The notes beneath the pieces were generated by a model that was given only the letters and a program-made list of their open reading frames with translations, did no database searches and was not told where the DNA came from. A stretch of DNA of 63,931 nucleotides, counting the filler, from Octopus bimaculoides (lineage: Eukaryota), in NCBI RefSeq assembly GCF_001194135.2. It is 6 parts of 6 records of this genome, joined end to end, with 100 filler letters (N's around TTAATTAATTAA, not from the genome) between each part and the next. Parts side by side here need not be neighbours in the genome. Positions count along the whole stretch, not along the records: positions 1 to 20,172 come from NC_068984.1; positions 20,273 to 50,570 come from NC_068983.1; 4 more parts are not named here. One strand, written 5' to 3'. Of this stretch, positions 13,949-25,759 are shown piece by piece; positions within the stretch are counted from its first letter, which is position 1, and the number at the start of each line of letters is the position of its first letter. The position numbers and the translations under genes are program-made.

Positions 13949-14140
13949 GTAACCTCGTGGACATCGGTGGTGATTTTTTCTTCCTCCGTTTTTCCCTTCT
14001 TTGGACTTTCCTTGTTTCCGACGAAGAGCTCCGCTCAAAACATCATATTATCTCTCTTTCCTTTCCCGAGCATCTAGTAACACAATCTGTATCACGTCCT
14101 CACGTTGTTGTTTTTTTTTGTCTTTTTCCTTTTCTGAACA
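13949..14140 (+). mobile_element. Penelope-type terminal-repeat fragment with degenerate hammerhead motif
   Basis: ccgacgaa-GAGC-tcc-GCTC-aaaa-cat at 14018-14043 has the CTGANGAA-stem II-GAAA-CGT layout. Confidence 0.45.
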
Positions 14141-14476
14141 TATATATATCTATATATATANNNNNNNNNNNNNNNNNNNNNNNNNNNNNNNNNNNNNNNN
14201 NNNNNNNNNNNNNNNNNNNNNNNNNNNNNNNNNNNNNNNNNNNNNNNNNNNNNNNNNNNNNNNNNNNNNNNNNNNNNNNNNNNNNNNNNNATATATATAT
14301 ATATATATAAATGTTCAGTTTACAAGGAAAAATCCAGAGGAACAGTTACAAGATAGCTAGATATCACACAAGCACCTAAGGAATTAGTAATCACACAAGC
14401 GCCTAAGGAATTAGTAATCACACTTGCATGGGAGTTAATTCCGAGGAGAAGTGAGATGAGCTTTGGAGAATATAAG

Positions 14477-14813
14477 AATAATGGAAAGTGTAAAAAAACA
14501 CTCAAGATGTTATTTAAATCATTTATATCACCATATCACTGACATATGTTTCGATAGATGCATTCAAATAAATCAATCTCATCAGGGGGGATATAAACAA
14601 CAGTGCTGACCAATAAGTCATTTTTACATCTGTAAAAATGACTTATTGATGAATACTGTTGTTTATATCCTCCCTGATGAGATTGATTTATTTTTCCACA
14701 TTATTCTTCCTCTAGGATTTATTTTAATGCATCTATCAAAACATATATCAGTGATATGATGATATAAATGATTTAAATAACATCTTGAGTGTGTCTCCAT
14801 TTTCCATCATTCT
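14477..14813. repeat. Long near-perfect palindrome: arms 14498-14628 / 14631-14792, 2-nt loop, 31-nt bulge
   Basis: Manual alignment: 9 mismatches in 131 nt; bulge at 14693-14723; weaker pairing extends about 20 nt further on each side. Confidence 0.92.
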
Positions 14814-14980
14814 CATCTGTCTATCTATCTATCGATCTATCTATCAATCTATCTATCTATCTATCTTTCTATCTATCTATCATAGTGCAGTATTTCCTCT
14901 TGTCCTTGATGGCTTGGGATAAAAATTGACCCTTTCTCATCTTGTATGAAGAATACTGAATGTCTTCATGCACTACCTAC

Positions 14981-15410
14981 CTGATAAGGAACTCAGACAC
15001 TCCTATGTCCCTGGTGATGGACCTGATTGACTTGCAGGGATCGTTGTCAATCATGGCTTGGATTTCACCAACAAATTCAGGAGTTCTTTTCTTATCAGAA
15101 TGATCAGAATGAGTTTTCCAAGCTGCTGTACCTTCATAATCACCATTAGATTCATCTAACTCTTTCCAAATCCTCTGCACTGTCCTCAGATTGACACCTA
15201 AACACTCTGAAATGTTTGTATTGGAGCTTCTAGCATGAATACCAAGCAGTATGTCATTTCCAAATTTCTGGTAGAGTGAATTGCGTCATGGTGCTGTTTT
15301 TCTCACAGACAGTGTGCAACTGACCCTACTATACTGTGTAGTCAACAAAATCAAACACAATGTGCAAAATTAAAAATATAAAATGGCAACAATTTACCCA
15401 TTGCATCCTG
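14981..15410 (-). mobile_element. Tc1/mariner (maT-like) transposon, 5' part with TIR and HTH-coding region
   Basis: Minus strand begins TA|CAGGATGCAATGGGTAAATTGTTGCC; peptide KKRTPEFVGEIQAMIDNDPCKSIRSITRDIGVSEFLIR is a transposase HTH. Confidence 0.75.
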
Positions 15411-15908
15411 TATATATATACATATATACATATATATNNNNNNNNNNNNNNNNNNNNNNNNNNNNNNNNNNNNNNNNNNNNNNNNNNNNNNNNNNNNNNN
15501 NNNNNNNNNNNNNNNNNNNNNNNNNNNNNNNNNNNNNNNNNNNNNNNNNNNNNNNNNNNNNNNNNNNNNNNNNNNNNNNNNNNNNNNNNNNNNNNNNNNN
15601 NNNNNNNNNNNNNNNNNNNNNNNNNNNNNNNNNNNNNNNNNNNNNNNNNNNNNNNNNNNNNNNNNNNNNNNNNNNNNNNNNNNNNNNNNNNNNNNNNNNN
15701 NNNNNNNNNNNNNNNNNNNNNNNNNNNNNNNNNNNNNNNNNNNNNNNNNNNNNNNNNNNNNNNNNNNNNNNNNNNNNNNNNNNNNNNNNNNNNNNNNNNN
15801 NNNNNNNNNNNNNNNNTATGTATATCACTTTAGATGTCTCCTACCTGTTTTCTATACTGTGTCAATTGACTGAATTATTTGTTGATGTTTTTTTTGTCAC
15901 TGTTGCAG

Positions 15909-16159
15909 ATGACCACCATGATGCGTAACCAGTCACCGGCAACCAATGAAAATGATGTCCGCATGAGGAGCAATCGGCCCAGCAAAGATAACAAAGAGAA
16001 CAAAGAGACAAAAGACCAACCAGTCCAGCAACAGACACCTCAGAATGAATCGCCAGAAGAAGCTGTTAGTCCAACAAGTTCCCCAACCCATACACGAGAA
16101 AGACGATTTTCAACAACATGCTGCTTCTGCTGGTGCTGTACACCTCCATGTTTCTCCAA
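15909..16159 (+). CDS. RGS17/19/20-like: Coding exon with cysteine string, probably from an RZ-family regulator of G-protein signalling
   Basis: Acceptor tttttttgtcactgttgcag|ATG and donor AA|gtaagt (phase 2); 251-nt open non-repetitive frame ending TTCCFCWCCTPPCFS. TCCFCWCC is the RZ-family N-terminal palmitoylation motif. No RGS-domain exon found in the window. Confidence 0.7.
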
Positions 16160-16560
16160 GTAAGTAGAATTCTCACATCTTCAGATTGGTTGGTGAGGTG
16201 AGAGAAAGAGAGAAAGAGAGAGAGAGAGATGGTTCTTTCTTATCCCTACCAATGTTACTATTAACAGCACCCGCACCATCACTAACAATACTCACAACCC
16301 AACCAATAATAATACAACTACTATCAGAGAGCCATTATACAAAGTATTGGACTCACTAGAAAAAGCAGTGAAATCTCCCTCATACCACAGTACGCCCTCT
16401 AAAATGAACATGTCACTTAATGAGATTCTGGGTTCCCTGTACATAGAAAAAGACAAGATGGTTCTGGCTGGAATACCTTTGGTCATAGATCTATCTATTC
16501 AATGAGAGCTGATTTGGGGTTCAAACACAACAACAACAACACAAAATCTATCCTCTGTAG

Positions 16561-16884
16561 CAGTAGTTCCCCAAATGGGTATTACTGCCCCGCTGGGGGC
16601 AGTGGAAAGATCGGAGTGGGGGGGGGGGCGTTGATGAAAAGTTGGGTGATAATGAGGTGACCAAAAAGAAGGTGATGGATATGAAAACAACAAGGTGATA
16701 GGTCAATTTGGTTAAGTTTGAATTGTGAAATACAGTTGTTTTGAATTTGCTGTGAAAAGCAGTCGGCAGCAGTGGCAGTGGTGGTGGTAGCGGCGGGGGA
16801 GGGGGAGGAGGAGGAGGAAAAGGTGCTAGGAATGTGGTCTGGGTGCCAAGGGGGAGGCAGCCCCAAAAAGTTTAGGAATCACTG
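16561..16884. mobile_element. hAT/Charlie-like MITE
   Basis: TIRs cagtagttccccaaa / tttaggaatcactg; right flank ttctagat fits the NTCTAGAN target; left TSD degenerate. Confidence 0.55.
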
Positions 16885-16970
16885 TTCTAGATCAACAACC
16901 CCAACAGTGTAAAGCCATATCACTTTAAAAACAGCAGTTCTTGCCCATTCATATCCATCATTGTCATCAT

Positions 16971-17086
16971 TTAACCCTTTAGAATTTAAACCAGCCATAT
17001 CCAGCCCAAATATTCTGCCTGTTTTATGTTCAAACTGACCAGATCTGGCCTCTCATACTTACCCTACAATATCATTCTTTACACAT
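16971..17086. mobile_element. Left end of a piggyBac-like MITE
   Basis: TTAA|CCCTTT start; no right end seen. Confidence 0.4.
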
Positions 17087-17527
17087 TCACTCAGCCAACC
17101 AGAAAAAAGCAGCCAAAATCCTTCCTACTTTAAGTAAAAGAAGGACACATTAGATAATGTCGTGCTACATACCCCTAACAAGAGGGTTCATCACATCTGA
17201 AATGTCTTTGATCACAGGTGAACAGGATCAAGGCTAATGTGGAGTTAAACAACAACACCAACATCAGAAGAGGAAGCCTTTATGCACTTGCTTGACCTGC
17301 AAAAGATAATAGCCAAATCTTCAAATCACATTTTATGACTTTTTAAAAAAAAAGGCACACATGCATAATGTAACCCGAGATACATTTGTGCCTAAAAATG
17401 AGATGGTATAGTCACTGCTAGAGCTCCTTTGAACTTAGGTGTGCTTGCTTAGGATTGCCTTTGGGCTAAACCGTATGCCTGTCACCAGCAATACAAACAC
17501 TACATGCAGTATTTTGTCCATTTTTAT

Positions 17528-17678
17528 GTTCTGATTTCAAATTCCACTAAGGTCGACTTTGCCTTTCATCCTTTCAGGGTCGGTAAAATAAGTACTAGTT
17601 GAACTCTGAGGTTGATGTAATTGACTTACCCTGTCCCCCAACATTGCTGGCCTTGTGCCAAAATTTGAACCCATTATT
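17528..17678 (+). mobile_element. 5'-truncated tRNA SINE (gtcgactttgcctttcatcc family)
   Basis: Direct similarity to 59260-59340. Confidence 0.8.
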
Positions 17679-17793
17679 ATCACCAGTAAACATGAACACC
17701 ATCACAATCAATAAGAACAATACCAGCATTACTAGTAACAGCATCACCTACACTACAAGTAACAACAATACTTACACTACTAGGAATAGCATC

Positions 17794-18180
17794 GTTGTTG
17801 TTGGCACTCCGTCGCTTACGACGTCGAGGGTTCCAGTTGATCCGATCAACGGAACAGCCTGCTCGTGAAATTAACGTGCAAGTGGCTGAGCACTCCACAG
17901 ACACGTGTACCCTTAACGTAGTTCTCAGGGATATTCAGCGTGACACAGTGTGACAAGGCTGACCCTTTGAATTACACGCACAACAGAAACAGGAAGTAAG
18001 AGTGAGAGAAAGTTGTTGTGGAAGAGTACAGCAGGGTTCGCCACCATCCCCTGCCGGAGCCTCATGGAGCTTTAGGTGTTTTCGCTCAATAAACACTCAC
18101 AATGCCCGGTCTGGGAATCGAAACCGCAATCCTATGACCGCAAGTCTGCTGCCCTAACCACTGGGCCATTGTGCCTCCAC
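17794..18180 (-). mobile_element. Full-length tRNA-derived SINE with (AAC)n tail (octopus OK-like)
   Basis: Minus-strand A box TGGCCCAGTGG and B box GGTTTCGATTCCC; 12-bp TSD aggaatagcatc (17782-17793 / 18181-18192); second copy at 60567. Confidence 0.92.
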
Positions 18181-18904
18181 AGGAATAGCATCATAACGTC
18201 AGCATCATATATACTGTCATCATTAGAGATATCAAAACCGCCATTGTCACTAATGATAACCCCACTGTCACCATTGCACCACCAGCACTACCACTGCCAC
18301 CATCACTAGGAACTGCAATACCAACACCACCAGGCAGACTGTCTCCATCATCATCATCAGTATGAAACTTTCATTACCACTAGTAACAAAACCACCACCA
18401 GTATCAACTACACCACAACCACCATTGCCATAATTAACAATAACCTTTATTTTCTCTTTGCATATGTAAGCCCAATCTCACTGACCAGCTTCTTTAATGT
18501 TGACTTATTTGATAAAAAAAAATTAATAAAATAAAACTCTACTTCGAAGACCATTAGTCATTTATTCTCATAACAACTTCATTGACTCTTGGTTCTTGTC
18601 TAACACACCATATTTCCTGCTTCTACACAAATAATGGTTGGTTTTATACTTTTGCCTGGACAACTGAAACATTTCTGCATAAGTTTAAAATTTGTAACAC
18701 ACATATTCCTACAAATATACACAAATACACGATCTCACAGACACACACACACACAGGATCATACTCACACACATGTACACACACCTGTCCACACGCATGC
18801 ATGTACAGAAACACACATACATGCACACACACACATGCTTACATACACACACATACACAAATACTTGCTCTCACAATCATCCACATATTCTGTGTTTGTT
18901 AAAC

Positions 18905-18950
<46 letters not shown>

Positions 18951-18986
18951 GTTGAAAATTCATTAACTGAAATTTATTATAATTCT

Positions 18987-19190
18987 GGAGATGTACTTAC
19001 TTGCATAGCAAGTGACCTGATCTGAGATCGTGTGCTGGAACGAAAACAATTGCATCATGGAAGGTGTTTATAAACCATTTAAAAACACACAAAAACCGTT
19101 AGATTCACTTCAATATTTAAATTTAATTTGCCAAATATTTTCATCACTTTGAGACCGCAACCCGATCACTGACAAAATTTTGTGCTGCAT
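18987..19190 (-). repeat. Unclassified interspersed repeat; diverged opposite-strand copy at 26921-27080
   Basis: Reverse complement cacgatctcagatcaggtcacttgctatgcaagt versus cacgatcgcagatcaaagcattctatgcaagt. Confidence 0.6.
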
Positions 19191-19447
19191 CTGAGAAAGT
19201 AACAGTTAGTTCATGATATATATGTACGTACGTACATACTTATGTATGAATGTATGTATGTATGTACGTATGTACGTACGTATGTACGTACGTATGTACG
19301 TACGTATGTACGTACGTACGTGTGTATGTATATTGTAATTCTGTTCCTGCAGTACCATGATATAGTCTGGTGCTAATTTGTTGAAAATTTAATTGTACAT
19401 CTGTTTCTGTCTATCATTATCATCATCACCATCATCAACAATATTAC

Positions 19448-19483
19448 ATGATGATGATTATGATGATGATGATGATGATGATT

Positions 19484-19536
<53 letters not shown>
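19448..19536. repeat. (GAT)n microsatellite
   Basis: Direct. Confidence 0.95.
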
Positions 19537-19537
<1 letters not shown>

Positions 19538-20126
19538 GGCAGAAACAAAGATTGTAATGTTTATTTTTGAGTAATACTTATGCCAGAGCAATAGGTTCAG
19601 CACTGTAGCACAATGTACATCCAAGGAATTTTTGAAGGATGCAGTGTCCTGACAGCTAACAACTGATGCAGGTAGCTTATTCCATGCTTCAAGAATTCTG
19701 AGTATGAGAAAACAAAGATTGAAGAATACTTGTGCTAGAGCAGTAGGTTCAGCATTGTAGCACGGTGACGCACCCTATAATGATAATTATGTACCATATA
19801 GATCTGCTCAATCTAGGCTGACTTGGATCTCAGTTACAACACAGAGACAGCCTTAACAGTGACTGCGTAGCATTCATTATTATCTTGCTTTCTAGATTGC
19901 TAACAGTCATGAATTCTCTCCTTAAACATAAGGCTTTCAGAGGATATTTAGAGTTGGACAAATAAAAGTCCACAATATCAAATTGGGTGAATCTGCAGGA
20001 GGATTGGTTTGCAATGTTGTGGAATCATTTAATAATAGCAATATTTAGTTCCATTGTTCCTGCAAGTCACCCAATTATATATACTGTGAACTTTTTATAC
20101 CTTCATTTCCCCCTTATTTTCTTCCT

Positions 20127-20172
20127 CATCATCATCATCATCATCGTTTAACGTCCGCTTTCCATGCTAGCA
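20127..20172 (-). mobile_element. 3' tip of an RTE-type retroelement with (GAT)n tail, cut by gap
   Basis: Minus strand ...gcatggaaagcggacgttaaacgatgatgatg; family assignment from memory. Confidence 0.5.
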
Positions 20173-20216
20173 NNNNNNNNNNNNNNNNNNNNNNNNNNNN
20201 NNNNNNNNNNNNNNNN

Positions 20217-20228
20217 TTAATTAATTAA
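20217..20228. other. Assembly spacer TTAATTAATTAA in a 100-bp N gap
   Basis: 44 N + 12-mer with stops in all six frames + 44 N. Confidence 0.95.
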
Positions 20229-20288
20229 NNNNNNNNNNNNNNNNNNNNNNNNNNNNNNNNNNNNNNNNNNNNTATATATATACAGAGA

Positions 20289-20326
<38 letters not shown>

Positions 20327-20361
20327 CACACATAAGTATATATATGTGTGTGTGTGTGTTT

Positions 20362-20404
<43 letters not shown>

Positions 20405-21149
20405 TATGTATGCATATATAAGGTGAAAAGAGAGAGAGAGAAAGAGAGAAGAGTGTAAGAGAGGAAGGAGAGATAAATTGATGGAGCGCATAAAGCGTTG
20501 TTGTAAATGGAGAACGAGGAATAAAAGATAGTGCCGGGTTAAAGGGATGGGTTACATCAATAATTAATGTTAGAGCCTTTGTTTCCTCCGATGAAGGGGG
20601 CAGTATCGGTGGTGGTGCTGGTGGTGGTGGCGACGGCGGCGTTTGTGGTGGTGCTGCTGACAGTGGTGTTGGTGCAGAGAGGTCTTGCACTTTCCCTAGC
20701 TGAGATCTAAATTAATGTTATCGTTGTTATTGTTATTGTCGCTGTCGATGTGGTCACTGTTGTTTTTATCGTGGCTACTGTATTCCAGCATCTGCAGCTG
20801 CGGCTGGTTGCTGTTCCTGCGAAGCTATTTTATGTAATCATAGAACTTTCTGATGAAATATTAAGAAACCAGCGGCCGTCAGATGTTGGAGTGGCCGTGT
20901 AGATGGAATACTGAGCTGTTTTTTGAGTGGAGCTTCCGATATTGTCATTATTCAAGCGAATATTATTAGTTTCTGCCTTTAAGTTTGGAGCTGATTGCAA
21001 TATTTCTCTATTCCCATGTTAGTTGTTTGAAATTGTAGAACTCGCAGGCATAGAAGTCCGTCCAACAGGCTCCGTGTGGAGATAGGAACATTGCCAACGA
21101 TGTTGGTGATGTTTGTACTCAATGATGATAATAACGACCAAAACAACAT

Positions 21150-21170
21150 TACTATTATTATTATTATTAT

Positions 21171-21220
<50 letters not shown>

Positions 21221-21244
21221 TTATTGTTTCTCCTGTTGTTGTTG

Positions 21245-21298
<54 letters not shown>
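21150..21298. repeat. (TAT)n/(TAG)n compound microsatellite
   Basis: Direct. Confidence 0.95.
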
Positions 21299-21299
<1 letters not shown>

Positions 21300-21615
21300 A
21301 TAAAAATGATTATAATGCTGTTCTTGTCGCCAGTACCGAGTGGTATCAGAAGGAAGATAAATGCTGTTTATATAAATATAACTTTTATATTTTCCATAAC
21401 TATCTTTTCTCCTCTCATAAAATTGATAAATTAATATGGATGAAATAAATTAATATCCATTCACGCACATACTCATACGTTTACTTACACATACGTACAT
21501 GTTGATAAACACTTATTTTCAGTTATATATGATATATTAATATATGTGTGTAAATATGTTCAATGAAGAGTATGTATGTTCATCAGTATGCTTATGTTTG
21601 ATACGTGTATACACG

Positions 21616-21679
<64 letters not shown>

Positions 21680-21902
21680 NNNNNNNNNNNNNNNNNNNNN
21701 NNNNNNNNNNNNNNNNNNNNNNNNNNNNNNNNNNNNNNNNNNNNNNNNNNNNNNNNNNNNNNTTATACACCCTACTGACGCAGTCATTCATCATTTGATA
21801 TCATATATGAGATACGTAGGGTATATGACCTATGGCAGCGTATCAAGTAATTGTAGTGGGTGTGTGTGTAGATGAATAGGACATATGTGCATCTATCTTC
21901 TT

Positions 21903-21960
<58 letters not shown>

Positions 21961-22855
21961 ATATGCATATATGTGTTTATATTTATAAATATGTATTTGT
22001 TTGTGCTTCTGTATACATACAAATATACACGCATGTGCGTGTATATATGTGTGTGATGAGGTGAATAGGCATAATGGCATAATGCCATAATGAGTGGTGT
22101 ATATATGGAGCGGGAGAAAGCTGTAGAAATTTATATATGCATGTTGACGCGTAAGCAGATATTGATATAGAGTGAATATGAGAGTGAGAGAGGGTGATGA
22201 GAGAGATATTATCCTGAAGTTAATGAATGGAGGAAAACGGACGCAGTCCAAAACAGAAAGCAAATCCCAGGAGTAGGTAAATAAAAAATCAGTTGATGGG
22301 TAGATTGACCTGACAAAAAATAGAACCGAGAAGGATTAGAAATGTTTAAGAATACAGTAATGATTTATAAGGTGTAGGAAGGTACTCTTACAGCTACTGC
22401 TCTCTCCCCCACAACAACTTCTACTTATAATATCGTCAGTACTATTGCCGAGGTTTCGATCACAAATGCTGATACAATTTATGCATCATTTTTAATATCT
22501 AATTAACATATATTTACAAAATGATATTTCTGGTGGGGACCGTCGTTAGAAACCTCATCAGTTTTTCAAAACCAGGTATAATCAGCTATTCACTCTTTCC
22601 GCAACATATAGAGAAAAAAAGTGCTATATCTAAAGGAAATAATATAAACAGCTATATGTCCTGTGCACAAATGCTTTGGTAAGCGCCTACTATAAGTTTC
22701 AAACAAATATAGCATAACTATGCTTGGCCATTACAGGAACAGAAGCATATCGGGGTATAACTGGTGTTTACATTTGAGTGTAACTGCATTTAGGGTTCAG
22801 ATTTATCAAGCAAGACGCTGAACTTTTACTATATATTACTTACATTATTTACATT

Positions 22856-23030
22856 AATAATACCAACATCAAAAAATACCTTAGGAATGAGAACCCATGT
22901 TCAAAATTTCCCCAAGACACCTAATGAAGGCTGGAGGGTATATCAGCCGAAACGTTGTGTTAACAACAAACAAGATGACGAGAAATATCCGTTAAATATA
23001 AATAATGTAAATAATTCCTCATCTCTTTAA
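22856..23030 (+). mobile_element. Short dispersed repeat carrying a hammerhead motif with a core mutation (CTAATGA)
   Basis: Near-identical to 34011-34127; G5->A in the catalytic core. Confidence 0.8.
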
Positions 23031-23205
23031 TTATAGAACTGCATTTTACTATATATATTTCGGAATGTATCGATATGCGTTCTTTCACCACAGATTTTAA
23101 CAGTGCTTCACTTTTGCAGTACCGCTTATAAGGCAGTAAATCATATAGCAATAAAATATTTATAAGAATACTATTGTATTATTGGTGATACCGTTCGTAA
23201 TAATC

Positions 23206-23389
23206 CTTTCTACTATAAGTACAAGGCCTGAAATTTAGGGGGAAGGGACCAGTCGATTACATCAGTACCAGTGTGTAACTGGTACTTAATTTATCGACCT
23301 CAGCGAAATTCGAATTCAGAACGTAGCGACCGGCGAAATGCCGATAAGCATTTCGTCCAGCGTGCTAACGGTTCTGCCAGCTCGGCGGC
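23206..23389 (-). mobile_element. tRNA SINE with internal deletion
   Basis: Reverse-complement head agccgccgagctggcagaaccgttagcacg. Confidence 0.85.
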
Positions 23390-25698
23390 TTGATTGCGTT
23401 CGTAATGATGCCAAGATGGACATCACTTTAGTGTAGCTTACCAAACTAAAGTGATAGAGAAAATAAATTCCAGTGTGGAATTTTCTGTTTTTTGATATTT
23501 TACATCATTTTACTAATGAGACTGCGATGAAATGGCATCCTGTTCAGAAAAAATGTTGCGATCTGGGTTACTTTTATGCCATAGAAATCAAAAAGCTGGC
23601 TCAAGAGCTTGCCATAATAATGTACATGAGTTTATAATGATGATCATGGTGAATTTGGTTGTTATACATTTTATGTTACCACCTTTATAGACTCATTTAT
23701 GTCGTCGTTATTTCTATATGGATGGCTACATAGATGAATAATTCGATGTATATGAACTGGCACACTTCTTTTATGTAGATAGGCTCCCTGTGAAGTAAAT
23801 TCCACAAAGACGTCTTTAACAGCATGAAACATTTTTATTTGTTATTTAACAAATAATCAGAATTTCATCAGCTTTCTTTCCTATACTGCTGATGACAGAA
23901 ACGGAAACCTAATTGATAAAATTTAATCACTTTGTATTTAGGCATAATTAATAAACATTTCGGTTGGCAAGGTGAAGGAACTCAGTTGAATTTTCAAATA
24001 ACAATGAAAACGATCCGAAATTTCTCCCTCATCTCTCGCCACTGAAATACCCTCATGGGGCTAATTTCACAGAGGATAACTACATAAAGATAACCGTATA
24101 CATCCACGGACAACGCGCATATTGTTACGGTAGTTCATCATAAGTACAGAAACATACATACATCTACATACGTGTATATATATNNNNNNNNNNNNNNNNN
24201 NNNNNNNNNNNNNNNNNNNNNNNNNNNNNNNNNNNNNNNNNNNNNNNNNNNNNNNNNNNNNNNNNNNNNNNNNNNNNNNNNNNNNNNNNNNNNNNNNNNN
24301 NNNNNNNNNNNNNNNNNNNNNNNNNNNNNNNNNNNNNNNNNNNNNNNNNNNNNNNNNNNNNNNNNNNNNNNNNNNNNNNNNNNNNNNNNNNNNNNNNNNN
24401 NNNNNNNNNNNNNNNNNNNNNNNNNNNNNNNNNNNNNNATATATATATATACATACATATACATACATATATACATATAATTAAATATATGTATGTATGT
24501 GTGTATATATATATATATATATCTGTGTATACGTATATATGTATGTGTTTGTGTTTGTATATATACACACGAACAGATGTTCATACATACATGCGTGTAC
24601 GTATGCACATTAAGAGAAAGTAGTCCGCATTTCCGCATAATTGCATATATTGTTTAACATGACAATATGCCTGCCGGTGATGATGTAAATTTTATGGTCT
24701 CCAGATTTACATTAGACACTTGATAAATAGTAGTTTCTTTTGTGTCCGATTCTCTTTGTTTCAGAATTTAATAATTTTTCTCAATCCAGACAGAAGCACA
24801 ACATAACGATGGTGGGTGGTGAAGACGGTGGCCATTTTGATGGTTGTAGCGGTGGCGCTAGTACATTCATCGTCATCATCATCATCATCATTGTTGCTGT
24901 CGTGATTATCGTCATCACCCTCATCACCTCCAACTGCCGCCACCACCGTCATCACTACTATTTTTCCTCCTTTTCCTCTTCCTCCTCCCCCTCCTCATCA
25001 GCATCATCATCATCATCATCATCATTATAATCGTGGTCATCATTATCATCGTTACTATCGTCTTTGTTATCATCAATACTATCATCATCACCATCATCAT
25101 CACCATCATCATCTTCATCATTTTTTTTTTTCCTTTCCATCAAGTTAACTTCCAATCTTGTGTATACGATACCACAGACACCGTATTATTATTTCGCTCT
25201 TTTGTAGTGAAAATATAATTTGGTTTCAGTGTACAGACGACAATAGGAATTTTGGTGGCGAGGCTGATGCAGGGGTGGGTGGTGGCGATGGTGACATTTC
25301 TTGTTTCGTCTCAAAATTCTTTTGTTATTTGTTTACATTATATTTTTTCGTTCTTTCTTTTCAATATTTTCTTCTCGAGTTATTTCGTTTGTTGGTCGAT
25401 TCTGTCTTGTTCGATTTTTTTTTTATTATAGTAGTTTTTATAGTATACTTTTTTTTATATTTTCATGTTTTCTTTGTCTCCATCGCCCCCCCCACTCCTT
25501 CTCTCTGTATATGTGTGTATGTGTGCGCGCGAGCGTGTGTGTATGTGTATGTGTGTGTGTTTTCGGTTGATAGTAAAAATGGGTATCAACTTTGAGACAA
25601 AGACTAATCGACTACATTCTCATCATAGTAATGTTGAACTGCAATGCTTATTGGTGTATTTAAATTTATTTACATCTAAGAAACCATTATTACTTCTA

Positions 25699-25699
<1 letters not shown>

Positions 25700-25759
<60 letters not shown>

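Larger units (their letters stand above)
16430..17470 (+). mobile_element. Three relics of a short (AAC)-tailed retro-repeat (about 16430-16545, 17090-17272, 17305-17470); related piece at 55810-55900
   Basis: Shared cctttgatca...ggggctaaacaac-like 3' ends. Confidence 0.4.

Noticed and set aside
17794-18180. tRNA genes at SINE heads (also 30448-30668, 58348, 59188)
   Set aside because: A and B boxes are present, but they run into SINE bodies, tails and TSDs without a complete acceptor stem
24764-24900. Strong polypyrimidine acceptor at about 24763 as RGS exon 2
   Set aside because: Phase-2 joining gives an immediate stop (AAA ATT TAA), and the sequence runs into a (CAT)n repeat
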